Below, one piece after another: positions 1 through 10,654 of a DNA stretch of 64,000 nt; the first letter of the stretch is position 1, and the number at the start of each line of letters is the position of its first letter. The DNA is taken from the NCBI RefSeq assembly GCF_001194135.2, contig NC_068982.1, positions 99,951,333 through 100,015,332 on the forward strand, in the 5' to 3' direction. Made by a program: the position numbers and the translations under genes. The stretch comes from Octopus bimaculoides (taxonomy: Eukaryota). Below the pieces are notes generated by a model that was not told the DNA's origin, did not search any database, and saw only the letters and a list, made by a program, of their open reading frames with translations.

Positions 1-241
1 GGAAGTTTGGGCCTCCAGCAAGGCCTTTCACAATACCCTAAAAGTCAGGAACTTTTCATCACCCAACCATTTGTGTGTATGTATACATGTACACACAAAT
101 ATACACATATGCCTAAGATATCAAAATGTTTACATCATTATAGCTGATGTAATTTGAAGCATGTCAGTCATGTCTTGTCTCTGGTTTCTGGATGGTGGGC
201 CTCAGCATGAGTTGAACACAGTGTAAAGAATAAATACAACA

Positions 242-545
242 ATGCTGATAATGATGCTGATGATAATGATGATGACGACGACGACGATGACAAGGATGAT
301 AATGATGACAAGGATGATAATGATGACAAGGATGATGACGATGACGACAACGACGATGATGATGACGACGACGACGACAATGAAGATGGCAAATATGGCA
401 AATATGATGATGACGATGATGATGAAGATGCAATGAGGACAATGATGATAAAGAGAATAATGATGATAGTGATGGAAATGATGGCAATAATGATGATGGT
501 GATGATAATGCGGACAGCAAGGACAATGACAATGATGGTTAGAGT
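242..545. repeat. Imperfect (GAT/GAC)n trinucleotide microsatellite
   Basis: Direct: runs of gatgat/gacgac. This explains the poly-M/D/S/H ORFs at 164-651. Confidence 0.95.
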
Positions 546-1605
546 GGAACAAGTAAAGGTAGTAGGAAGATAATGTGATGATTGGTAATGAAATATTTAA
601 TAAATGTGAAGGAAAAGAGGATGGAAACAAAAACATAAAAGAAACAAGCAAGCAAAAAAAACAAACAAATCATGTGGATTAGGTATTTGTGTAAAGAAAT
701 ATTTGGTTGACAGGGCAAAGTGAGCAAACTGAGGAAGCCAGTACAAACTGAAAAATGCATTATAATAAACTGGAGAAACATGGGGTGACTCTAGTGTAAG
801 TGTGTGTGTGTAATAGAACACAGAAGGATAAAACAGGGCATAGGAATATATAAAAGAGAAAAGGAAAGCTGACAGAAAAGAAATACGAATGATAAAGTAA
901 GAGAATACCATTGTGAGAATCACAAAACTGAAAACAGTTGTGTCTGTTCTGATATTAAATGTAGAATGGCTACTGATAACAATTTCAGATATGAAGCTGA
1001 TACAATGATTCTTTTATTTCACACAAGTCCCTAGATTCTAGTTGTTCACTAAATAACAGGACAGTGGTAATGGATTTCTTGTCTAAAATTACTAGCAGTA
1101 GATAATGCCTCATTATCAACACAATGAACAATCAACCACTCAAAAACTTTCTCCAATAACATTAAGAAAATATGCATTGTTATCTGATTATTTGGAGCTT
1201 CTCTAGTGTTAAATATTACAATAGCCTACAGTGACAACAACAATATTATATATACACATATTATTTTTTATGCCTGGGTTTGTGTTTACATTTATGTATT
1301 TGTATGTGTGATGTTTGTACATACAAACAAGCATGCATCCATACATACATATATATACATACGTACTGTATGTGTGTGTGTGCGCGCACATGTGGGTGTA
1401 ATGCAACATGGTTGATAAATAATATCAAAGGTATCAAAAAATATTCAGTATTCAATACCGAGATGTATTATAAAGATATATTTGAATCACATATATCTAT
1501 AAAGCAACATGAGTTAACATATGTGGTCCAGACAGAAAGTTGGCGCATACTGTTTTTTAAAAACAAATATATTTAGAATTGAAAACAGCAGAAAGGCATA
1601 AATTC

Positions 1606-1712
1606 GGTGGTAGTAGCAAATATTCGAACGAGACCTTCAAAGACCGAAGTGGAGAAGGGCTCCGTACCAACGGCAGTCAAGCACGGGTCAGTAGTCCTAA
1701 GAAGTGGGTGAA
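1606..1712 (+). pseudogene. 28S (LSU) rRNA-derived fragment, about 105 bp, followed by a SINE-like tail and A-rich end
   Basis: ggtggtagtagcaaatattcgaacgagaccttcaaagaccgaagtggagaagggctcc...cacgggtcagtagtcctaag closely follows the conserved eukaryotic LSU segment GGTGGTAGTAGCAAATATTCAAACGAGAACTTTGAAGGCCGAAGTGGAGAAGGGTTCC (recalled, not searched). No flanking rDNA is present. Confidence 0.85.
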
Positions 1713-1899
1713 AAACGGTGGTGCATCAGCATGGTCGCAGCTCTGAGCTGATACTATAGCAAAAAGAAAAAAAATGATTCAAAATTAAATTGTTTTTGAT
1801 AGTTGTATCAATGCAGTAAAGCATCATCATAATTAATGAAATATGAATTTCATTTAAACGAATTGTGTATTAATTTACGCAATGATGATAACACATAAA

Positions 1900-2103
1900 A
1901 AGTATCCATGCTGGTGACACATAAAAGACACCTACTATACTTTGTGGAGTGGTTGGTATTAGGAAGGGCATCCAGCCATAAAAACCAAGCCGAAACAGAT
2001 TGGAATCTGGTGCAGCTCTCCAGTTTACCAGCCCCAATCAAACCATCTTACCCATGCTAGCATGGAAAACAGGTGCTAAATGATGATGATGATGATGATG
2101 ATA
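1900..2103 (+). mobile_element. RTE-LINE 3' tail / RTE-tail short element
   Basis: Carries ...ggagtggttggtattaggaagggcatccagc...cccatgctagcatggaaaac...(atg)n, the same 3' end as the RT-bearing copies at 25.1-27.1 kb. Confidence 0.85.
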
Positions 2104-2159
2104 TAAAGGATAGATATTTTTACTCCATTGAAACAGCTGTAGAAAACAAATTATGAATC

Positions 2160-3110
2160 GGAATTTCAACCATGTTTCGTGGTCTGCTACCACAACAGCT
2201 CCTTTATAGGATCCAGTTAGCTGAAGACATCATCAGGAGGAACCACGTCTGGTTTCGGCCCCTACTCCTCTACCGTTTTGACGTGGCGGGGCCCCTCCTT
2301 TCGGAGGTGTCTTCAGCTCTGGTGTTGGGTGCATGTCTTCTTTCTTCTATTCCCTGGCCTCTTCGATGCAGCATCAACAAGTGTCAGCGTCCAACTGATC
2401 NNNNNNNNNNNNNNNNNNNNNNNNNNNNNNNNNNNNNNNNNNNNNNNNNNNNNNNNNNNNNNNNNNNNNNNNNNNNNNNNNNNNNNNNNNNNNNNNNNNN
2501 NNNNNNNNNNNNNNNNNNNNNNNNNNNNNNNNNNNNNNNNNNNNNNNNNNNNNNNNNNNNNNNNNNNNNNNNNNNNNNNNNNNNNNNNNNNNNNNNNNNN
2601 NNNNNNNNNNNNNNNNNNNNNNNNNNNNNNNNNNNNNNNNNNNNNNNNNNNNNNNNNNNNNNNNNNNNNNNNNNNNNNNNNNNNNNNNNNNNNNNNNNNN
2701 NNNNNNNNNNNNNNNNNNNNNNNNNNNNNNNNNNNNNNNNNNNNNNNNNNNNNNNNNNNNNNNNNNNNNNNNNNNNNNNNNNNNNNNNNNNNNNNNNNNN
2801 NNNNNNNNNNNNNNNNNNNTTTTTCATATCTCTTCTCCTTTCGTTTCTCTGCATTGTCGATGTTTTCTTCCCATGGTACTGTCAGTTCTAGCAAGATTCC
2901 TATTCTCTGTTCTGTGTCCCATATGACTAAGTCTGGTCTTTTTGTTGTTTTTATAAGTGGAAAAATTGCTAGACTTCCCAAATCCGTGGCCAGCTCCCAG
3001 TATCCCTTCCATCTTTCGTCTATCTCATATATTTTATTTGGAGGCCTGATCTTATGTCCTTTTCCCTCCTTCTGGAAGTATATTTTCCTGCGCTTTTATA
3101 TTTTCAATTT
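2160..3110 (-). mobile_element. 5'-truncated non-LTR retrotransposon with restriction-like endonuclease (HERO/NeSL-like), interrupted by a gap
   Basis: Minus frame reads WELATDLGSLAIFPLIKTTKRPDLVIWDTEQRIGILLELTVPWEENIDNAEKRKEKRY. The RPD...ELTVPWEE...RK..RY pattern is the PD-(D/E)xK RLE motif of HERO-type elements. The 3' UTR lies at 2160-2310. Confidence 0.85.
2401..2819. other. Assembly gap (other gaps: 5538-5547, 8736-9676, 12131-12231, 19232-19646, 25005-25020, 45756-46509, 47613-47902, 56457-56466)
   Basis: Runs of N. Confidence 1.
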
Positions 3111-4103
3111 TCAAAAATTATGTCTAAAGTGGGGTAAAATGAGCTATGACTAATTTCAACAATCTCTTCTCTTTAACTGCATGGTGTATAAATATATCAG
3201 GAAGTGACCCACTCCAGCAGATTGTAAAGATGCTACAGAGAATATTTTATGCTGTGTTTTTAGATTTCGTTAAGTTTCGTTAATATCATATCATATACCA
3301 TTTCTCCATGATCCTCTTTCGTTTGCCCAAGATATTTAAAATTTTTGTTGCATTTCTGACATTTCTGACATCTAAGAATGGATACTAATGTGTATGAGTC
3401 TTTTTTCAAATGTAATTCTGGAGAACTGAAGAGGAAAATTTACCTTATTTTGTCCTACTCATTTCGCCCCACATAAATTTTTCTTTTATATGCTCAAAAG
3501 AGAATGGAGATAATTTTCTGAAATAGTGTTCTGCATATGTTATAATGTTTTTGAAGCATTTGGAGAAGGTCATTTACTTAGCTGATATAGTCTTTGTCTG
3601 GTAGTAAACATTTGTAATACATATTTTTTCTCAAAGTCAAAACTGCAGTAAATATTACTCATCACACACATACACACACACACACACCTACTTTGCAGCA
3701 GTTTATTTGACAACGTACTCTGCAATTCTTTTATTCTCACAATGCTCTATTCATAACTTTCTATGTGTAACATACACCACAAACTTAAATGGTACCTGCT
3801 TTTTTCTTTTATTCTTTATCTCACTTAACATTGAACACTTGTACCTATTTCAGGTTGCTACTCACTTCCTGTGTTCTTCATGAAGCAAACAACTTTTTCA
3901 TCTCTTTCTACTCTCAGTTAATGGACAAGAGCATGAAATGTAAAACCTTCTTCTCCTCACTGCAATTAAACTTTTACCTGCATTTCTTTTGATTTATTGC
4001 TGCCTTTGCAAACCCTCATCAATTCCTATGGATTGCAGAATTTTCTTTATTATATTTGGTACTCTACCGATTCTGCTAATTGAATAAATATATAAATATA
4101 TAC

Positions 4104-4310
4104 GTGCAGGAGTGGCTGTGTGGTAAGTAGCTTGCTTACCAACCACATGGTTCCGGGTTCAGTCCCACTGCGTAGCATCTTGGGTAATTGTCTTCTACTA
4201 TAGCCTCGGGCCGACCAAAGCCTTGTGAGTGGATTTGGTAGACGGAAACTGAAAGAAGCCCATCGTATATATGTATATATATGTGTGTGTGTGTGTTTGT
4301 GTATCTTCGT
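4104..4310 (+). mobile_element. tRNA-derived SINE family A, 5' half
   Basis: A box (tggctgtgtgg) and B box (gttcagtcc), then gtggatttggtagacggaaactgaaagaagcc and a TA/TG microsatellite. Related copies occur at 5.9, 12.5, 14.7, 22.1, 30.0, 41.3, 51.9 and 60.3 kb. Confidence 0.9.
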
Positions 4311-5074
4311 TTTTGTGTATTCTTGCTCCACTTACTCTATTCTGTTCTTAGAATGGAGTAAGTGTTGCTGAAGAGGTCACAGATGTGTGACAAAAGATTT
4401 CTTGGCTGGACATGAGTTAGAATAAGAACAGTAACAAACAAGTGAAGAATGGATATATTGTGCATATGTTTGTTTGGTAAAAAAAAAAAATGACCATCCT
4501 GAAATACAACAATATCTGTTTCAACACACAATTTCACATCAGGAATCTTGCAAAAAAAATTGATAAACATAACATTTTTACTATTCTCATAAAATATTTG
4601 ATCATTCATTTCTAAGCAAAATATAACCTGAAAATATTAAGCATCCATTTATTGTTTATATACACTTTTCCTATTACTAAATAAAACTTAAAGAAAAAGG
4701 ACCCCCTCTCTCTCTTTCTCTGTCTCTCTCTCTTCCTGCTCTCTCTCCTTTTTTCCTTCCCCTCTCCACATCTCTCTTCACCCTCTCCCCCTTCTCTCTC
4801 TCTCTTCCTTCCTCCTTCTCTAACTCTACTTTTTTATTTGCTTCTGTCATTAGACTGCGACCATGCTGGGGCACTTGAAGAGTTATAGTTGAATGAATCA
4901 ACCTCAGCACTTTTTTTATATATTCTAAATCTGATACTTATTCTATCAGCCTCTTTTGCCAAACTGCTAAATCACAGGGACATAAACACACCAACACCGG
5001 TTGTCAAGCGGTGGTGGAAGACAAACACAGACACAAAGACACACACACATAGACATATATACATATACATATAT

Positions 5075-5105
<31 letters not shown>

Positions 5106-5297
5106 ATATAAACAGAACCCTTGATTCAATAACAGTGTATAAACTCTGTATTTGGAATTACCAATTTCAAAGACTGTTGGATTTTACTCAAAGGGAATTG
5201 GAATCTTAATAATGGATTTACAAATACAATATCCCTACATTCACTCTCTATTTCCTATCTTATGTAAACTAACTATTGCTTAACCATCCTCTCACAC

Positions 5298-5347
5298 CAT
5301 CTCCGATGAAGGGATATAATAAATATCCTGGAAACAGCTGTAAGACC
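5298..5347 (+). ncRNA. Degenerate Penelope-type minimal type I hammerhead ribozyme motif
   Basis: tct-CCGATGA-a-gggata/tatcct-g-GAAA-cagctg-TA-aga. The core shows CCGAUGA instead of CUGAUGA; stem III is the palindrome ACAGCTGT. Confidence 0.6.
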
Positions 5348-5710
5348 ATATAGTTATAAATGTTCTATATTACACACAGCCTTGGTTCTTTATCTCATTA
5401 CGAAATCCTTATTTTCACACACTGATATATGACATATGTTGGACCCCTTATTTGCATAATCACCGAACCTGGAGCTTAACTATGGTCTATCCACAGCACT
5501 AACTCAGCATTACCTGAAACCTCTGGGTCTAATTGACNNNNNNNNNNTGTATGTATATATACGCAAAAACATTTGAGTGTTCACACACGAGGTAAGATAT
5601 CACTATTGTTAATACCATCTGTATTGAATATTTTTAAATGATAATATTAACCGCAGTAATATAAGTGGTTCAACAGGTCTAATAGTATTCTATAGCTACA
5701 AAATCTAAAA

Positions 5711-5895
5711 TTAGCACAAGGCATGAGGATGCAGACACAGCATCGACTTGTTTAGAAATAGGAGCTAAATCCCTAATTCAACCACTGGAAAGTGGTTTTT
5801 CTGTTATTTGGTGTTTTCCAGTGGTTGAATTAAGAATTTAGCTCCTATTTCTAAACAGGTCGATGCTGTTTCTGCATCCTAATGCCTTGTGCTAA
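5711..5895. repeat. Foldback (long inverted repeat, about 80-bp arms, about 25-nt spacer)
   Basis: ttagcacaaggcatgaggatgcagacacagcatcgac...ccactggaaa is the near-perfect reverse complement of tttccagtgg...gtcgatgctgtttctgcatcctaatgccttgtgctaa. Confidence 0.95.
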
Positions 5896-6420
5896 CTTTA
5901 AATACATACACACACATACACACACACAACAGGCTTCTTTCAGTTTCTGTCTACCAAATCCACTCACAAAGCTTTGGTCAGTCCGAGGCTATAATAGAAG
6001 ACACTTGCCCAGAACCATGTGGTTGGGAAGCGGGCTTCTTACCACACAGCCACTTCTGCACCTATGTATCATTATTTAACATCTGTCTTCTCTGTTGGCA
6101 TAGGTCAAATGGTTTGACTGGATCCAAGTTACAGAGCTGCATTATGCCCCATTGACTGCTAAGCATGGTTTCTATAGCTGGATGCTCTTTCCTAATGCCA
6201 ATCAACACAGATGCATCCTTCAGGTTCTTAGGCATATGCAATTTGCCCCTGACATTAAAACGTTCCCCCTCCTTTCTATAAATAGAGCTTACACGGCCAT
6301 CTTTGTTGTGTGCAAGAAGAAAGTTCTGTGCTATTTCCTGTTTTTGATTTGCTGTCCTTTTTACTAACAATATATGTATTATAATGACTGATTGAAATGT
6401 AAACAATATTTCTCATTTAG

Positions 6421-6491
6421 AACAAATTGTCATAAAAGGTGCAATTTTGGTGACTATGACATGATTGTAAATTGGTTTTCAAGTCAGCCAG
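6421..6491 (+). CDS. Candidate internal exon 1 of an unidentified gene (TNCHKRCNFGDYDMIVNWFSSQP)
   Basis: Acceptor tttctcatttag and donor CAG|gtaagt. Only one frame is open (phase 2 in, phase 1 out), compatible with the next candidate. Confidence 0.5.
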
Positions 6492-8297
6492 GTAAGTAGG
6501 TCATTTCAGTCTCTTTTATTCTCTCTTCAATGCATTATGAGAATATTTTACAGTGAAGTTAACGCAAGTATTATTGAAATGAAGGAGAAGAAAAGAACAA
6601 AAGAAATAGTGGAAGGGGAGGATGAGAAAAGAAAGAATAAAAAGTAATGTATTATAAATACAGATAGTACCTTTTGGCTATTTAATTCCTCTTATAAGTA
6701 ATTAGTTTCAGCTCTAGTTTCTTGTTAGTGTCCTGTTGCAAAGCATAATTTAAAAATAAATAAATAGATAAATGAAAAGTAAAAAATAAACAAACATGAC
6801 AATGTGTAAGCTAGGGTTTTTCAAGATTTGTATTTATTTTCATACAAAAGTAAGGATTGCTAAAGAATAGAAGTAGACTTCTAGCATGGGGGATCTGTAA
6901 CCTAGTTTTCATTTTCATTTGGATTTATTTTATCTCTTTTATGCCCTCAGAAAAACACTAGACTCTCAATTTCCTGTATCCATTTAGCGTTATTTAAAAG
7001 GGCCTTTGTGCATCAGCAAAATATACCAGTATCTCCTTTTAGATTCCTAGTTAAAACCATTTCACTTTGCTAATGTGTTGACTAAAGCATGAATACGGTA
7101 CATACAATATTAGTCTAAGTGGCTAACACAACAGAGCAAAGGTAAGGCTCTGACCAAATTTGATTCCCAATTGTAGCAATTCTACTCATTTTATATTGCT
7201 TCATAAAAGTAATTCATCCCCTACATAGGTCTGAGGCTTTACACCTATATATGAAATCAATATTTTCTTCCAAAAGTAAGCTGTGTGTACAGTAGATACA
7301 GTAGAGCATTAAACTAAATAAAGCATTATTTTTGTCACGATACACTATTACTAAATGTTGCTGGGGTCAACTGTTATCCCTCTAGGGTCAATAAAATAAG
7401 TACTTGCTATTTGCTTGAGTTAATTCATTCATTCTTCAACAAAAATCAGCCTTGTGCCTAAACAAAAGAAAGATTTCCTTCCTAATGGAAATGACAAGAT
7501 TACAGAGATTAAACATCCATCTGTAAACAGTATTCTCATCTAACGATTGCCATATTAAACTATTGCAGGTGTTAAGTAGTGCTACATACTGTGTGAAAGA
7601 TATTATTCAGGCAACTGTCAGGGGAATAACAATGATTTTAGTAGACTGGTGTTAGCTTTATGGTTGACAACAATAATATAGAAAACATTAAATATGTTTT
7701 TTTTAACTCTTTAAGGGTTGATTGGTTTTCATGTTCTTAACAATTTACATTTTTGTTGCTATTATTAGCATATTTACCTCCTACATCTATTATCCATACC
7801 AGCTCTTACATTTATATAATGTTTGAGAGGGCCTTTTTTTTACAGTTGGCTGCATCCCCTATTACTAACCAGTCAACTAGAGAGGAAGTAACTCTGACAA
7901 AGCAAACTAAGGCAATCATAAAATTGTGTCTTGCTAAAAGACATAGCATAAAGACCAAACCAGTGACTACAAAATTAATTAACTGACTTTAGTTACACAC
8001 ATTTGTATAATTAGAAAAAATAGATGGTCAAGTTTGTAGGGTACAACACAAACGCAAGAAAAACCAGGGGTCCACACCTATCACTGGCATTGTGTTGTAA
8101 TTGTTGATGAGATGCTTAGCTGTTGATGATATTACAGTATGGCATAATTTACCATAGCAGACAATAGAATTACCAGGTATCTCTTTGGTTTGCATTGCAG
8201 AATTTAGAAGGTATCAGCAATGAATGACTGATTCCAATTCACACAAACTCATGTGATTTGACAATACACACTCAAATCAGTCTTAAGTTAGTTTTCA

Positions 8298-8360
<63 letters not shown>

Positions 8361-8445
8361 ATTTATGTATATATATATGTATATGTAAAAGTGTGTATAT
8401 ATGTATGTATTTATATTTATAACTTAACCTTATAAACTTTCTAAA

Positions 8446-8570
8446 CTCTCTGATGAAGCCCAGAGACACACTCAAGTACCTTAATCTTATCTACCAAATA
8501 CTTCAGTTCACTGAAGGGATGGAAGTAGAGTGAGGTACTATAGCCACTTAGCTGAAACAGCTGTAAGATA
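8446..8570 (+). ncRNA. Penelope-type type I hammerhead ribozyme with intact core and extended stem II
   Basis: tct-CTGATGA-agc...gct-GAAA-cagctg-TA-aga. Stem I is tct/aga and stem III the palindrome ACAGCTGT. The stem II insert has nested helices agtacct/aggtact, tctac/gtaga and cttcag/ctgaag. Confidence 0.7.
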
Positions 8571-9676
8571 CTATCCAACTTTCTATGCTCTGCATTATAT
8601 ATTTTAATAATTACTGGTATTTTTATATATTATATATGTAAAGCATGATGTGTTATACATGTATGTATATTGTTATAATTGTCTTTTTTTAAAATAAATA
8701 AATAAATAGACATAATATAATGTCTAAAAGTTGATNNNNNNNNNNNNNNNNNNNNNNNNNNNNNNNNNNNNNNNNNNNNNNNNNNNNNNNNNNNNNNNNN
8801 NNNNNNNNNNNNNNNNNNNNNNNNNNNNNNNNNNNNNNNNNNNNNNNNNNNNNNNNNNNNNNNNNNNNNNNNNNNNNNNNNNNNNNNNNNNNNNNNNNNN
8901 NNNNNNNNNNNNNNNNNNNNNNNNNNNNNNNNNNNNNNNNNNNNNNNNNNNNNNNNNNNNNNNNNNNNNNNNNNNNNNNNNNNNNNNNNNNNNNNNNNNN
9001 NNNNNNNNNNNNNNNNNNNNNNNNNNNNNNNNNNNNNNNNNNNNNNNNNNNNNNNNNNNNNNNNNNNNNNNNNNNNNNNNNNNNNNNNNNNNNNNNNNNN
9101 NNNNNNNNNNNNNNNNNNNNNNNNNNNNNNNNNNNNNNNNNNNNNNNNNNNNNNNNNNNNNNNNNNNNNNNNNNNNNNNNNNNNNNNNNNNNNNNNNNNN
9201 NNNNNNNNNNNNNNNNNNNNNNNNNNNNNNNNNNNNNNNNNNNNNNNNNNNNNNNNNNNNNNNNNNNNNNNNNNNNNNNNNNNNNNNNNNNNNNNNNNNN
9301 NNNNNNNNNNNNNNNNNNNNNNNNNNNNNNNNNNNNNNNNNNNNNNNNNNNNNNNNNNNNNNNNNNNNNNNNNNNNNNNNNNNNNNNNNNNNNNNNNNNN
9401 NNNNNNNNNNNNNNNNNNNNNNNNNNNNNNNNNNNNNNNNNNNNNNNNNNNNNNNNNNNNNNNNNNNNNNNNNNNNNNNNNNNNNNNNNNNNNNNNNNNN
9501 NNNNNNNNNNNNNNNNNNNNNNNNNNNNNNNNNNNNNNNNNNNNNNNNNNNNNNNNNNNNNNNNNNNNNNNNNNNNNNNNNNNNNNNNNNNNNNNNNNNN
9601 NNNNNNNNNNNNNNNNNNNNNNNNNNNNNNNNNNNNNNNNNNNNNNNNNNNNNNNNNNNNNNNNNNNNNNNNNNNN

Positions 9677-9788
9677 TAAGGAATTAGAGGATGAACAGAA
9701 GTTTAATCTTACAGCTGTTACGGGGGTCTGCCAAAACTAGGCCGTAACAGCTGTAAGATTAAACTTCTGTTCATCCTCTAATTCCTTA
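9677..9788. repeat. Perfect 47-bp inverted repeat of a Penelope-like 3' end (18-nt spacer)
   Basis: taaggaattagagg...acagctgttacgg / ccgtaacagctgt...cctctaattcctta. It contains the acagctgtaag motif. The left arm abuts a gap. Confidence 0.85.
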
Positions 9789-9990
9789 TGTACTTTGTAC
9801 TTCTATATGTAAACCATGTTGGCAAAATAACATAGTCTGCCATGGACACCTGTGCTTTGGTTCTTTCTTTCTTTTTCTTTTCTTCCTCCCTTTGTCACTT
9901 TTGCTATGAATTAAATTAATGAATTCAACGGGATACACCGTCTGCAAGTAGTTGGGTTCAGCATATTATCCTCCATTTTCTAATTGCTAC

Positions 9991-10027
<37 letters not shown>

Positions 10028-10592
10028 GAACAACAGAATAAGTACTGAGCTTTAAAAAATAAGTCCTGGGGTCAATTTGTTTGACAAAAACCCTTCAAAG
10101 CAGTGTTCCAGCATGGCCACAGTCAGATGACTGAAACAAGTAAAAGATAAAAAGATAAACAATATATGTAGCCTATTGTCTGCAAAGCAACATCCCACCT
10201 GTGTTAGAGCGGAAGATTGAATGCTAAACAAAACAACTACAAATGATTGAGTGGAAGAATCATTAGAGCATTGAATAAAATGCTTTGCAATATTTAATTA
10301 TGGCTTTTTACAAACTGAGTTGTAGTTCTGATGCAGTCAACTTTGCTTTACATCCTTCTGATGTCAACAAAATAAAGTATCAATCAAGTACTGAGGTTGG
10401 TTGCTATTTGTATCATACAGCCTAGACATGAATGGAAGTGAGAAAGACTAACTTTCAGTTTATTCACTTCTGGCATAGATTTTTATTCTTTGGTTCTTTT
10501 ATACAGAAATATAGATTGCTAAGTGGATTGAGTACTGAACAACCCGCTGAGAAGTTGGCAGTTCTTATTCTTTCATTGTTACTATGTTGTAG

Positions 10593-10654
10593 TTTGTAGT
10601 CTCATTACTTTGCTCTCAATGACTGAGTTCTCAGGAGGTGCAACTTATAACATC
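10593..10654 (+). CDS. Candidate internal exon 2 (VCSLITLLSMTEFSGGATYNI)
   Basis: Pyrimidine-rich acceptor ...atgttgtag and donor ATC|gtaagt. Phase 1 in, phase 0 out. Confidence 0.5.

Larger units (their letters stand above)
4845..6065 (-). mobile_element. SINE family A: 3' half at 4845-5110 and 5' half at 5905-6065, separated by nested insertions
   Basis: Both halves match the uninterrupted copy at 29950-30330. A hammerhead-bearing fragment and a foldback lie between them. Confidence 0.65.

Noticed and set aside
164-651. His/Ser/Met-rich ORFs here, plus the many CVCV, THTH, YIYI, poly-D/N/H ORFs across the window (e.g. 16.5, 20.3, 24.7, 38.8, 51.1, 52.0, 60.3 kb)
   Set aside because: They are translations of microsatellites, which lack stop codons by construction.
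1606-1712. Functional rDNA unit
   Set aside because: It is only about 105 bp, with no 18S, 5.8S or ITS context.
2225-2272. Possible type II hammerhead in the HERO 3' UTR (minus: GAAA-cca-gacg-tgg-TT-cctc-CTGATGA)
   Set aside because: Stem III fits, but only 4 nt separate the cleavage site from CUGAUGA, so stem I cannot form, and stem II pairing is poor.
8731-9687. Long ORFs spanning N-runs (also 18933-19849, 45673-46590, 47348-48013)
   Set aside because: Their length comes from gap characters.
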